This document shows, in pieces, positions 1 to 9,008 of a stretch of 56,161 nucleotides of DNA. The stretch's first letter is position 1. Every line of letters starts with the position of its first letter. Source of the DNA: Chloroflexota bacterium (GTDB lineage Bacteria > Chloroflexota > Dehalococcoidia > Lucifugimonadales > Lucifugimonadaceae); the NCBI GenBank assembly GCA_027623795.1, contig JAQBUX010000001.1, positions 1 to 56,161 of the forward strand, read 5' to 3'. The position numbers were made by a program, and so were the translations under genes. Under the pieces are notes generated by a model. That model worked only from the letters and a program-made list of their open reading frames with translations, did not search any database and was not told the DNA's origin.

Positions 1-258
1 CGGGCGTTGAAGCTGGAGAATGGCCCGTCCCGTGGTCGTCTTGCCTGAACCACTCTCACCCACCAGCCCCAGCGTTTCACCGGGGGCGATGTCGAACGAG
101 AGCCCGTCTACCGCCTTCACCGTTCCGGTCTGACGCTGAAATAAGAAACCGGACGTGATCGGAAAGTGGACCCGTAAGTCGCGTACCGCCAGCATCGGGC
201 CATCCGCCACGGCGGCCGCTGCCCCTGATTGAATCTCCCCAACGATCTCTTGCGTCAC
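1..258 (-). CDS. Oligopeptide/dipeptide ABC transporter ATP-binding protein (OppF/DppF-like), N-terminal part only; runs off the window
   Basis: My reverse-strand translation gives ...[65 protein letters not shown], with Walker [13 protein letters not shown] at 258 overlaps the TGA stop of the upstream ATPase (GTGA). An alternative ATG is at 195. Confidence 0.8.
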   Translation of the reverse strand, partial: MTQEIVGEIQSGAAAAVADGPMLAVRDLRVHFPITSGFLFQRQTGTVKAVDGLSFDIAPGETLGLVGESGSGKTTTGRAILQLQRP

Positions 259-1295
259 GATCGTTGTCGTTCGGCCGCGACGTCTGCCGTCACCGTTTCG
301 TGTTCCCAGCATGCCGCACTCTGGCCTGGCCGGACGGAGGTCAGAACCGGCGGTTCTACCCGGCACCGCTCAACCGCCCAGCGGCACCTGGGCTCGAACG
401 CACAACCGGGCGGAAGATTCGTGAGGTCAGGTATCTCGCCTTCGATCGGCGTGAGCCGGGCGTCGACCCCGGCATCCAGCCGCGGGACGGAGCCCAGCAA
501 CCCGACCGTATAGGGGTGGCTCGGACTGGCGTATATCTCGTCCGCGGTACCCAGCTCCACGATCTTCCCGGCGTACATGACCGCCACGCGCTGCGCGTAG
601 CGCGCCACGACGCCGAGGTTGTGGGTGACGATCAAGAGCGCCATCCGAAACTCGTCGCACAACGACTCCAGCAGCTCAAGGATTTGCGCCTGGATCGTGA
701 CGTCCAGCGCCGTCGTCGCCTCGTCCGCTATGAGAAGCCTCGGATTGCAGCTTATCGCCATCGCTATCATCGCCCGCTGCCGCTGGCCACCGCTCAACTG
801 ATGGGGATAGTCGTCAAACCGCTGCCCGGGGTCCGGGAGCCCCACACGGTGCAGGATTTCGACCGCACGGCCGCGGGCCCCTGCGCCCTTCAGGTCGAGG
901 TGTATTTCGAGCGCCTCGGTGATCTGCCTGCCGATCGTGAGGACGGGGTTCAACGACGTCATCGGCTCCTGGAAAATCATGCCGATGCTACCGCCCCTCA
1001 CAAGACGCATCTGTCTATCGGAGATCGTGAGCAGGTCGCGCCCTTCGAACAATACCTCGCCGCCGGTTATCTCCCCCGGTGGACTCGGGACGAGGCGCAT
1101 GACCGACAACGAAGTTACCGACTTCCCGCACCCGGATTCCCCGACCAGGCCGAGGGTCTCGCCCTCGTCGATGTGGAAAGAGACGCCGTCCACCGCCTGG
1201 ACGTAGCCCTCCGCCGTAGCAAATCTGGTGGCGAGGTCCCGCACTTCAAGTAGATGTCCCGACGTGTGCCCAGCGGTCGAGTGATCAGACGTCAA
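255..1295 (-). CDS. Oligopeptide/dipeptide ABC transporter ATP-binding protein (OppD/DppD-like)
   Basis: 346-aa ORF. Walker A GESGCGKS, signature LSGGQRQR, Walker [13 protein letters not shown], and the Opp/Dpp-type C-terminal extension (HPYTVGLL...[10 protein letters not shown]). Confidence 0.9.
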   Translation of the reverse strand: MTSDHSTAGHTSGHLLEVRDLATRFATAEGYVQAVDGVSFHIDEGETLGLVGESGCGKSVTSLSVMRLVPSPPGEITGGEVLFEGRDLLTISDRQMRLVRGGSIGMIFQEPMTSLNPVLTIGRQITEALEIHLDLKGAGARGRAVEILHRVGLPDPGQRFDDYPHQLSGGQRQRAMIAMAISCNPRLLIADEATTALDVTIQAQILELLESLCDEFRMALLIVTHNLGVVARYAQRVAVMYAGKIVELGTADEIYASPSHPYTVGLLGSVPRLDAGVDARLTPIEGEIPDLTNLPPGCAFEPRCRWAVERCRVEPPVLTSVRPGQSAACWEHETVTADVAAERQRS

Positions 1296-1414
1296 GGCAT
1301 CTCCGCTGAATCCCGGCGAAACTGAGGGCCGGCATAGTGTGGCGCGAGTAGTATTCCGGCCGACCGTTAGGTAGGAACGTCGAAACTGATTTACGGAACA
1401 CGGGGAGATTTCGC

Positions 1415-1666
1415 ATGGCTTGCCGGTCGATTCTAGCTTTACCCGCCGCCGGGTTGGGGTTCTTTTTCAGCGCGTGGATACTGATGATCTGCCTCGGCTG
1501 GCGTAACGAGGACATCGGCATTGAAGATTTTGGGTACGTAACATCTATGTACGTGACGCTGGTCCTTTGGGTCGTCATGGCCCCGGCGGTCGCCGTGATG
1601 GCACGCGCGCAGATGACCCCGTTGATTGTCCGTACGAGGCGCGGACGGATAATAGACGTCGATTGA
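1415..1666 (+). CDS. Hypothetical small membrane protein (about 2 TM segments)
   Basis: 83-aa ORF with two hydrophobic stretches. GGAGA lies about 7 nt upstream of the ATG. No family recognised. Confidence 0.4.
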   Translation: MACRSILALPAAGLGFFFSAWILMICLGWRNEDIGIEDFGYVTSMYVTLVLWVVMAPAVAVMARAQMTPLIVRTRRGRIIDVD

Positions 1667-1736
1667 TCGCCATCGGGAGGTTCAAATAGATTTCCGTGAC
1701 GTAACGCTACAGTCCATCGCCGATTTCAGCGAGCAG

Positions 1737-2222
1737 TTGGACAATGCCCTGGACGGACTCACGCCCGAGCAGTGGCGTTGGCGTCCGACACCAACCGCCA
1801 ACCACATCCTGTGGACGGTCTGGCACCTGACGCGCGTCGAAGACATGTGGATCAATTCTTACCTCGCGGGGAACGAACTGGTGTGGCGGGCCGGGGGTTG
1901 GGCTGAACGTTTCGGCATGTCGGAGAGAAACTCTCTCGGTTTTGGCGACACTCCGGAACAGGTCGGGGCGTTCCCGGACGTGTCACCGGACTTGATCGCC
2001 GGATATCGAGCCGACGTGCTGCGAAGCGCAGAGCCCGTGATCCGCGGGTTGTCGGAGTCCGATCTGGGGGCCGCATGGCCGGACCGTAATCCGTTCCACC
2101 CGCGACCCGCTCCGACGGCGATGTGGGTCCTCGCACGAATCCCGGTCGAGTGCTCGCAGCATATCGGTCAGGTGGCGTACATACGGGGCCTCATCCCGGA
2201 CCAGGAGAACTGGCGCCGCTGA
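1737..2222 (+). CDS. DinB-family (DinB_2-like) four-helix-bundle protein
   Basis: 161 aa. Contains HILWTVWHLTRVEDMW and a C-terminal ECSQHIGQVAYIRG, typical of the His-containing DinB fold. TTG start. Confidence 0.7.
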   Translation: MDNALDGLTPEQWRWRPTPTANHILWTVWHLTRVEDMWINSYLAGNELVWRAGGWAERFGMSERNSLGFGDTPEQVGAFPDVSPDLIAGYRADVLRSAEPVIRGLSESDLGAAWPDRNPFHPRPAPTAMWVLARIPVECSQHIGQVAYIRGLIPDQENWRR

Positions 2223-2249
2223 GGGGCGGCGTTATGAGGGGCGGCGTTA
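2220..2249 (+). repeat. Perfect 15-bp tandem duplication (TGAGGGGCGGCGTTA x2) beginning at the DinB stop codon
   Basis: Read directly: 2220-2234 is identical to 2235-2249. Confidence 0.9.
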
Positions 2250-2377
2250 GAGGCTGCCATCCTCGCCCCAAAACAGGCGCTGGCGGTGACCCGCCTCTCC
2301 ACCGTCCGGCTCCACGTCCTGTGCCCCCGCTCCCGGCGACGCACGTTTCCTGATTAGGCGAGGCGTTTCCCGGCTCT

Positions 2378-2406
2378 CCGTCATTCCCGAGTAGTCGGGA
2401 ATCCAG
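2378..2406 (+). repeat. REP-like palindromic element, hairpin family A (CCGTCATTCCCGAGTAGTCGGGAATCCAG)
   Basis: Stem ATTCCCGA/TCGGGAAT around a 4-nt loop. An inverted copy is at 2486..2514 and a related copy at 34915..34940. Confidence 0.75.
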
Positions 2407-2485
2407 CCCGCGTGCGGTACCGGACGGGACATCTGCGGCGACAACGCCATCTGAAAGACCCGGCTATCGCCAATTCGAGCGTTTC

Positions 2486-2514
2486 CTGGATTCCCGTCTG
2501 AACGGGAATGACGG
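2486..2514 (-). repeat. REP-like palindromic element, hairpin family A, inverted copy
   Basis: The reverse complement reads CCGTCATTCCCGTTCAGACGGGAATCCAG. It matches 2378..2406 except in the loop-proximal bases. Confidence 0.75.
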
Positions 2515-2604
2515 ATGCTCGAAAGACACGACGACATCGTATGGGCGGATTGGCATCCTCCGCTGCGCTCCTGGGAACTACAGAACGCGGACGCGCCCGA
2601 AAGC

Positions 2605-3585
2605 CTAGAGGCTGCCCGCCTCCATCCGCCCGCCAGACAGTTGCGTGCCAATCCCGCGCGCCAACGCCAGGTCAAGCACTCGCTTGCCGACCGCTATGTC
2701 CTCCATCGCGACACCCTGTGACTCGAACAGCGTTATCTGAGAGGCGTCTGTCCGTCCCGGATGCGTACCGGCGACGATCTCGCCCAGGTTCACGACCTGT
2801 TCCCATCGGATACGACCGGCGTCGGCCGGCGCCATGAGATCGGCGCACTCGATCTTCGCCTGATCCACGTCATCCGTGGCGATGATGTCGCATTTGGCGA
2901 CCGCCCGGGTATCCAGCTCACGCCTCTGCCAGCCGTTCGCTCCGGCGGCGTTTATGTGGACGCCCTCTTTGACCATCTCGCCGAGCAGCACAGGCTCCCG
3001 GGAATTGGTTATCACGATGATGATGTCCGCGCCCTCAACGCACTCCTCGACAGACGAGGCGGCGGCCACCGGAATCTCCAACTTCTCCGTCATGACGGTG
3101 GCGAACGACTCGCGATTCTCGACGTTCCGGCTGTAAACGGCTGCGGCGCCCAGCTCTCGCACACTGGTCACGGCCTCAAGCTGGGTACGCGCCTGGTAGC
3201 CGGAGCCGATCACTGCGACCTTGCCGTTATCGCACCATCTGGCCATATGCCGCGTCCCGATACCGCTTGCCGCGCCGGTGCGAATCTGCCCCATCAAATT
3301 CGCGTCCAGTATGCCCAGAAGCCCTTCTCCCGAAGCGCCATAGATCAATACCTGGAACGCGATCCCGCCGCTGCCGCCAACATACGACTTCGAGCCCACG
3401 ATGCCTTTGGCCGGCCACCCGGCGGCCATCAGGTTGTAACTACCGGTACCAAGGGCGATCCGGCTCCGCGGATGGTTGATGACTTCGCCACGCCCGCGCG
3501 CCTCGAACACCTCCTCCACGGCCTCAAGTGCGAGGTCCATGGTGAGCAGTTCACCGACTTCGGATTCCGTCAGATAGAGGGTCAT
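2605..3585 (-). CDS. Ornithine cyclodeaminase / mu-crystallin family protein
   Basis: 326 aa. N-terminus LTESEVGELLTMDLALEAVEEVF and Rossmann segment VAVIGSGYQARTQLEAV are characteristic of the OCD/mu-crystallin family. Confidence 0.85.
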   Translation of the reverse strand: MTLYLTESEVGELLTMDLALEAVEEVFEARGRGEVINHPRSRIALGTGSYNLMAAGWPAKGIVGSKSYVGGSGGIAFQVLIYGASGEGLLGILDANLMGQIRTGAASGIGTRHMARWCDNGKVAVIGSGYQARTQLEAVTSVRELGAAAVYSRNVENRESFATVMTEKLEIPVAAASSVEECVEGADIIIVITNSREPVLLGEMVKEGVHINAAGANGWQRRELDTRAVAKCDIIATDDVDQAKIECADLMAPADAGRIRWEQVVNLGEIVAGTHPGRTDASQITLFESQGVAMEDIAVGKRVLDLALARGIGTQLSGGRMEAGSL

Positions 3586-3889
3586 GTTTGAACGTTCCCC
3601 TGATTCAAAGATTCAACCGCGATGGTTGCTCGTGGCGTTGTAGAGCAAAGATACGCCGCGTCGTTGGCGGCTTCACCGGCCTGGCGCTGTGGGAAAGCTA
3701 TTAAATCCGACCAGTTCATGGCTAAGGACCAGACGATCGCCCGGCTCAAACTGTAATTGGCGATCTTACGCAATCGTACTTTCACCATCGCCCGATTCTA
3801 ACCACGGCCGCGCCAGATCCCGGCCCGTCACGCCCTCCGATGCGCATTGCGGCATCGCGGCACGCCCCCGATAATCCGGGCAGCCCGTA

Positions 3890-4792
3890 TTGCTCCCGAC
3901 TCATGTAGCGGAGGTCCAATTGCTCCCGGACTGGACATTTGAAGACGCCCTGCCCGTGATCGGCTCCATAACGGAGGGCGCCGCGTGGGACGGCAATCGC
4001 CTGCTGTTCACGAACATCGCCATGAACCGGGTCCTGGCGTACGACCCTGCAACGGGCGCCGTCGTGACGGAACGCACGGGCACCAACGCAGCGAACGGCC
4101 TTAACTTCGACCGCGAGGGACGCCTCTTCGCATGCGAGGGGCGAGGCCGGCGGATAGCGCGATACGACGACGGCCAACCGGGAGTGACGATAGTCGACCG
4201 GCTGGGCGGCAAACGCATTAATAGCCCGAATGACCTCGCCATCGACCCACAGGGTCGGATCTATTTTTCGGATCGCATCGGCGACGTTTCCCCCGAAATG
4301 GGGATCGCGTTCTCGGCGATCATCTCCGCCGATCCTCAAGCCGACGGCAGCTACATCGCGGTGCAACGCACATTCGATTCCACGATGCCCAACGGGCTCC
4401 TGTTCTCCGCCGATTATCGGACGCTGTACGTCGCCGAGAGTGACTACGGCGCCAGTCGTTTCCGCCAGCTGCGCGGCTACCCCGTAAACGAAGACGGCTC
4501 GCTGGGCGACTACGCGCTTCTGCACGACTTCGGACCCCATCGCGGCATCGACGGCATGACCCTTTCCTCGGACGGCCTGATCGTCGCGTGCACCGGCTGG
4601 GAGATCTCCGGCCCGGGCGGGATGATCACGATCTTCGAACCTGACGGCCGGATCGTCGCCACTCACCCGACCCCGTGCCAGCGCCCTACAAACTGCACAT
4701 TTGTCGGGGAAGACCTGTACGTCACGAGCATCGAGGGCCACCTGCTCGTCGCCCGGGACACCGGCATGACCGGCCACCTGCTCTACCCGTGA
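3890..4792 (+). CDS. SMP-30/gluconolactonase/LRE-family protein (paralog 1)
   Basis: 300 aa. Contains TEGAAWDG, NGLNFDREGRLFACE, NSPNDLAIDPQGRIYFSD, PNGLLFSAD and CTFVGEDLYVTS, the six-bladed propeller motifs of the family. TTG start. Confidence 0.8.
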   Translation: MLPTHVAEVQLLPDWTFEDALPVIGSITEGAAWDGNRLLFTNIAMNRVLAYDPATGAVVTERTGTNAANGLNFDREGRLFACEGRGRRIARYDDGQPGVTIVDRLGGKRINSPNDLAIDPQGRIYFSDRIGDVSPEMGIAFSAIISADPQADGSYIAVQRTFDSTMPNGLLFSADYRTLYVAESDYGASRFRQLRGYPVNEDGSLGDYALLHDFGPHRGIDGMTLSSDGLIVACTGWEISGPGGMITIFEPDGRIVATHPTPCQRPTNCTFVGEDLYVTSIEGHLLVARDTGMTGHLLYP

Positions 4793-4802
4793 GGATTCGC
4801 CG

Positions 4803-5684
4803 ATGCCAATGCCCATGAAAGACTGGACATTCGAGACGATCGCCCAGCGCGACTCACTGACGGAAGGGCCGGCGTGGGACGGGGCCGGGCTTTTGTACTC
4901 GCATTGCGCCGCAGACCTCGTGATGAAATGGGACCCCGCAACGGAGGAGAGCTCCCTGTGGCGTGAGTACACCGGCGGCGGAAACGGGATGGTGTTCGAC
5001 CGCACAGGGCGCCTGTTCGTTTGCGAGGGGAAGAATCGCAGAATCGCCGAGTACGTTGCGGGTGAGCCTACTCGCGTCATCGTGGACAACTGGCAGGGAC
5101 TTCCGTTTAACGAGCCCAACGACCTCGCCGTGGACGTGCGTGGACGGATCTGGTTTACGGACCCGAACTACGGTGGCCGTCTGTCGAGCATCCCGACCGA
5201 GCAGGTGTACCGCGCTGATCCGCAGGGAGACGGGAGTTATGTCGCGGTCCGCGTGACGGAAGACATGAGACGGCCAAACGGAATCTTGATCTCGCCTTCA
5301 GAGGATCGGTTGTTCCTGGCCGACTCGCCAAACGGCTACAGGGCTCATCCCCGGCTCGTCTCCTACCCGATTAACGGCGACGGTTCGCTCGGCGAGCAGT
5401 CCGTGTTGCATGATTTTGGTTGGGGCAGAGGAATCGACGGGATGTGCTGGAACGCGGACGGCGATATCGTCGCCACCGCGGGCAACGAACGCTACGGCCC
5501 AGGACCCATGATTTACGTGTTCTCCACGAACGGCCGCGTCTTGGAGACGCATCGGACGCCGTCAGATACGCCCACCAATTGCCTGTTCGGCGGTCCGAGC
5601 TACGACGAACTGTTCGTCACCTACGGCACCGGGCTCGTCCACCGGGTGCGCGACTCGGGATTGCGGGGCCGGCCGGCTCGTTGA
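4803..5684 (+). CDS. SMP-30/gluconolactonase/LRE-family protein (paralog 2)
   Basis: 293 aa, collinear with paralog 1: TEGPAWDG, NGMVFDRTGRLFVCE, NEPNDLAVDVRGRIWFTDP, PNGILISP. Confidence 0.8.
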   Translation: MPMPMKDWTFETIAQRDSLTEGPAWDGAGLLYSHCAADLVMKWDPATEESSLWREYTGGGNGMVFDRTGRLFVCEGKNRRIAEYVAGEPTRVIVDNWQGLPFNEPNDLAVDVRGRIWFTDPNYGGRLSSIPTEQVYRADPQGDGSYVAVRVTEDMRRPNGILISPSEDRLFLADSPNGYRAHPRLVSYPINGDGSLGEQSVLHDFGWGRGIDGMCWNADGDIVATAGNERYGPGPMIYVFSTNGRVLETHRTPSDTPTNCLFGGPSYDELFVTYGTGLVHRVRDSGLRGRPAR

Positions 5685-5929
5685 GCAGGAACGCCCGGAG
5701 CGCCCAGGCGACTCGACAGCAGTAGTTGCAGTGTGGTTTGTGTGCAATCAAGTATGTCCTGTCATGCTGAGCCCGCGACGAAGAATCTCTACGCCCGCGG
5801 GTGACTCGATATCTTCCCGCAACCACACTCGCCAGCCACTCCAGGGGAGCGGTCACTAAACAGCGCCCGCCCCACCACGCAGTCCCTCCTATTGACACCG
5901 CCCCGCCACATTACTAACCTACCACAAAC

Positions 5930-6030
5930 TAAATATGCCCCGGGGGAGCTTGGGAAGCCAGGCTGAGAGGACAGTTCATAAGCTGTCGACCCCTAACCTG
6001 ATCTGGGTAATGCCAGCGGAGGGAGTGGAT
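5930..6030 (+). promoter_or_regulatory. TPP (THI-box) riboswitch aptamer
   Basis: CGGGGGAGC (5941-5949), CUGAGA (5963-5968) and AACCUGAUCUGGGUAAUGCCAGCGGAGGGA (5995-6024) match the conserved TPP riboswitch core. It sits directly upstream of a thiamine-type ABC importer. Confidence 0.85.
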
Positions 6031-6044
6031 TTTCAGCTTTCTTT

Positions 6045-6070
6045 GCCGCCCAGAATGGGCGGTTTTTTTG
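6045..6070 (+). terminator. Intrinsic terminator (likely riboswitch expression platform)
   Basis: Stem CCGCCCA/TGGGCGG with loop GAA, followed by T7 (6063-6069). It lies between the aptamer and the SD/ATG of the downstream gene. Confidence 0.7.
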
Positions 6071-6117
6071 TTCTCAGAACAAAATCAGGGGCCGTTACTT
6101 TGGTCAGGAGGCCCCTC

Positions 6118-7161
6118 ATGTCGAGGTCATCAATCGTTGCCGCCGTAATGCTCGTTCTCGTATTTGCCGTAGCTTGCGGAGGCGATGAGGACAGCGAACT
6201 CATCATCATGACCCACGATAGCTTCGACATCAGCGAAGCGGTGATTCAAGAGTTTGAGGACGCCAACGATGCCACGGTCGTCATTCAAAAAGCTGGCGAT
6301 GCCGGTGAAGCGTTGGTGCGGGCGATTTTAGAAAAAGGAAACCCGTCCGCGGACCTGCTTTACGGGATAGACAACACCTACCTCGGGCGGGCCCTTGAGC
6401 AGGAAATTTTCGACACGTACCGGCCGGAACTGTTGGATCAAGTTCCCGCGCAGTTCAAGTTCGACGAGTCCGGGCACGTGACCCCGATCAACTACGGTTA
6501 CGTGAACCTGAACTACGACGTCAATTTCCTCGCCGAAAATGACCTGACCCCTCCGGCTAGGTTGGAGGAACTGACGGCCCCCGAGTGGAAAGGAAAGCTG
6601 GTCGTACAGAATCCCGCCTCGTCATCTCCGGGTCTGGCATTTCTGATCTCGACCATCTCTTATTTTGGCGAGGACGACGAGTACGACTACCTCGATTTCT
6701 GGCGCGATCTGAAGGCGAACGATCTACTGGTCAAGGACGGGTGGAGTGACTCCTACTACACCGACTTCTCGCAGTACGGTGGGGACAGGCCGCTCGTCGT
6801 CAGTTACGCAACGAGCCCGGCCGCGGAAGTGTTCTTCTCAGAGACCCCGATCGATGTCCCGCCGACGGGCAACATCCTCATCGACAAGGCCACGTTCGCC
6901 CAGATCGAGGGCATCGGAATTCTCAAGGGCGCGAACAGCAAGGACCTTGCCAAAAAGTTCATCGACTTCGCACTCGGGACGACTTTCCAGGAAGACTTCC
7001 CGGACAAGATGTTTGTGTACCCCGTGAACCAGAATGCCAGTACGCCTGACTTCTTCAAGTTTGCCGAGGTCCCATCGCTGCCGGCCGATATCAGCGCGAA
7101 CGAGATAGGCGAGAAGCGGGAACAGTGGATCCAGGCGTGGACCAAGGTGGTGCTGCGGTAA
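6118..7161 (+). CDS. thiB: Thiamine/TPP-type ABC transporter substrate-binding lipoprotein
   Basis: AGGAGG at 6106-6111 precedes the ATG at 6118. Lipoprotein signal MSRSSIVAAVMLVLVFAVAC-GG. ThiB/iron-type periplasmic binding fold, under a TPP riboswitch. The ORF-track start at 5935 lies inside the riboswitch and is rejected. Confidence 0.8.
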   Translation: MSRSSIVAAVMLVLVFAVACGGDEDSELIIMTHDSFDISEAVIQEFEDANDATVVIQKAGDAGEALVRAILEKGNPSADLLYGIDNTYLGRALEQEIFDTYRPELLDQVPAQFKFDESGHVTPINYGYVNLNYDVNFLAENDLTPPARLEELTAPEWKGKLVVQNPASSSPGLAFLISTISYFGEDDEYDYLDFWRDLKANDLLVKDGWSDSYYTDFSQYGGDRPLVVSYATSPAAEVFFSETPIDVPPTGNILIDKATFAQIEGIGILKGANSKDLAKKFIDFALGTTFQEDFPDKMFVYPVNQNASTPDFFKFAEVPSLPADISANEIGEKREQWIQAWTKVVLR

Positions 7162-7358
7162 TGTCGCTTTCGGCCGCGGCCGGGGGAACTACGCGGACGC
7201 GTTTGACCCCGGTCGCGGCCCTCGTGGCACGGGTCGTTCTCTGTCCTCAGGCGTCGCGCCGGCAGGCTCCGTCCTGGTGGTGAACGCCAGAGTGACACCG
7301 TCTGCGAGTCTCCTAGAGATGGACAGGCGCGCTTCAACCTCGCCGGGACAGTCATCCG

Positions 7359-9008
7359 ATGACAGCTAGCCGATTATTGACACTCGGGCCCCTGGCGTTC
7401 CTTGCTGTCTTTTTTTTGTACCCGCTGGTAGCCATCCTGGGTCGAAGCTTCGGCGGTGGCGCACTCGGCCTGGACCCTTTCCAGGAGTTGCTGGGCGACT
7501 CCTACTACCTGGGTCGAATCTGGTTCACGATCTGGCAAGCGACGCTTTCAACGCTCTTGACGCTCGTCCTGGGCCTTCCTGTCGCCTACCTGTTCGCCCG
7601 GCATGAGTTCCCGGGCAAGACGATATTGAAGGCGTTAACGACCCTTCCCTTCATCATGCCCACGATCGTGGTCGCGATGGGCTTCATCGCCTTGCTTGGT
7701 CCGCAGGGGATCGTAAACACGGCGTTGTCGGACGTATTCGGCTCCAACGCGCCGCAGCTCCGGGTCACGAACACACTGACGATAATTTTCCTGGCGCACG
7801 CTTTTTACAACTACTCGATCGTCGTGAGGATCGTATCGGCGTACTGGGCCAATCTAAGCCCGCGTTTCGGGGAGAGCGCCGCCATGTTGGGCGCCGGTCG
7901 TGTGCGTACCTTCGTCCACGTAACGTTGCCGCTCCTGCTCCCCGCCGTGTGGTCGTCCGCCATCCTGGTGTTCGTATTTTCGTTCACTTCTTTCGGCGTA
8001 GTCCTCGTCCTCGGCGGGCCGCAGTTTGCCACGGTAGAGGTGGCGATCTACGAGCTGACGGTAAAACTGTTCCGGCTGGAGGTCGCCGGGGCTCTTGCGA
8101 TCATCCAGCTTGTATTCACCTACGTCTTCCTTTTCGTCTATTCCCGGGTTCAGGCGCAGAGCGCGGTCCCCATCACCCTGGTGGCAAGCGAATCCGTCTC
8201 CCGCCGTCGGAAGAGCGCCCGGGACATCCTGCTTGTCGTCGGCATCGTCGCCGGTCTGCTCGTCGTCCTCTCCCCACTACTCGCGCTCATCGAGCGGGCG
8301 GTATCGACCAGCGGCGGGTACTCGCTCACCCACTTCGTTTCCCTGTTCTCCAACGACAGCGGATCATTTTTCTACCTGTCCCCGATGAGGGTGGTCTGGA
8401 ACTCGGTGCGGTTCGCCCTGGCGTCCACGGCTATCGCCATGCTGGTCGGAACGTCCGCCGCCTACGTGATTGTTAGGCCCGGCAGGCGTTCCAGCATCCT
8501 GGACGCCCTGTTCATGCTGCCGCTTGTCGTCTCCGCCGTGACACTGGGATTCGGGTTCCTGGTGGCGTTCAATCGCCCTCCGATAGACCTGCGGGGCTCC
8601 TGGCTCATACTCGTAATCGCTCATTCGCTCATCGCATACCCGTTCGTCATCCGGACCCTGCTACCTGTGCTCCGGGGCATGCCTCCGCACCTGAAAGAAT
8701 CAGCCGCGGTGCTGGGCGCGTCTCCGTTTCGCGTCTTCATTCACATCGAGATCCCGATAATCGCCCGCGCACTTCTCGTTGGCGCCACGTTCGCCTTCGC
8801 CGTCTCCATGGGGGAGTTCGGCGCCTCGCTTTTGCTGGTGCGAGCCGAATTCACAACGATCCCAGTTGCGATATTCCGATTGCTTGGCCAGCCGGGCGAG
8901 GCGAACCTGGGGCAAGCGCTCGCCATGAGCACGCTCCTTATGGCTGTTGTCGCGTTGGGCTTCGTGGCGATCGAGCGGTTCCGCTACCGGGACGTTGGCG
9001 GATTCTGA
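7359..9008 (+). CDS. thiP: ABC transporter permease, duplicated (two-domain) thiamine/iron type
   Basis: 549 aa, about 12 TM segments. Two BPD-transporter (EAA-loop) modules (ESAAMLGAGRVRTF... and ESAAVLGASPFRVF...). Confidence 0.85.
   Translation: MTASRLLTLGPLAFLAVFFLYPLVAILGRSFGGGALGLDPFQELLGDSYYLGRIWFTIWQATLSTLLTLVLGLPVAYLFARHEFPGKTILKALTTLPFIMPTIVVAMGFIALLGPQGIVNTALSDVFGSNAPQLRVTNTLTIIFLAHAFYNYSIVVRIVSAYWANLSPRFGESAAMLGAGRVRTFVHVTLPLLLPAVWSSAILVFVFSFTSFGVVLVLGGPQFATVEVAIYELTVKLFRLEVAGALAIIQLVFTYVFLFVYSRVQAQSAVPITLVASESVSRRRKSARDILLVVGIVAGLLVVLSPLLALIERAVSTSGGYSLTHFVSLFSNDSGSFFYLSPMRVVWNSVRFALASTAIAMLVGTSAAYVIVRPGRRSSILDALFMLPLVVSAVTLGFGFLVAFNRPPIDLRGSWLILVIAHSLIAYPFVIRTLLPVLRGMPPHLKESAAVLGASPFRVFIHIEIPIIARALLVGATFAFAVSMGEFGASLLLVRAEFTTIPVAIFRLLGQPGEANLGQALAMSTLLMAVVALGFVAIERFRYRDVGGF

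Noticed and set aside
2244-2616. The shared 11-mer TAGAGGCTGCC after the DinB stop (2248) and at the OCD stop (2606), considered as a target-site duplication flanking a MITE-like insert.
   Set aside because: It is too short to be significant on its own. The REP hairpins inside do not sit at the borders, so there is no clear terminal inverted-repeat architecture.
3782-5119. Long antisense or off-frame ORFs in the track, for example 3782..5119(-), 264..1253(+), 2761..3591(+), 28986..30020(+), 44372..45769(+), 21486..22232(+), 41633..42346(+) and 33453..34103(+).
   Set aside because: They are Arg/Pro/Gly/His-rich with low complexity, and each overlaps a gene with clear family motifs on the other strand or frame. 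These are typical shadow ORFs of high-GC DNA.
5935-6117. The ORF-track N-terminal extension of the thiamine-binding protein (start 5935).
   Set aside because: The extension is occupied by a TPP riboswitch and an intrinsic terminator. A proper SD/ATG and lipoprotein signal begin at 6118.
7162-7358. The 197-nt gap between the thiamine binding-protein and permease genes, with a GGCCGCGGCC palindrome, considered as an intra-operon attenuator.
   Set aside because: There is no U-tract or convincing hairpin beyond a short palindrome. Such spacing is common after binding-protein genes.
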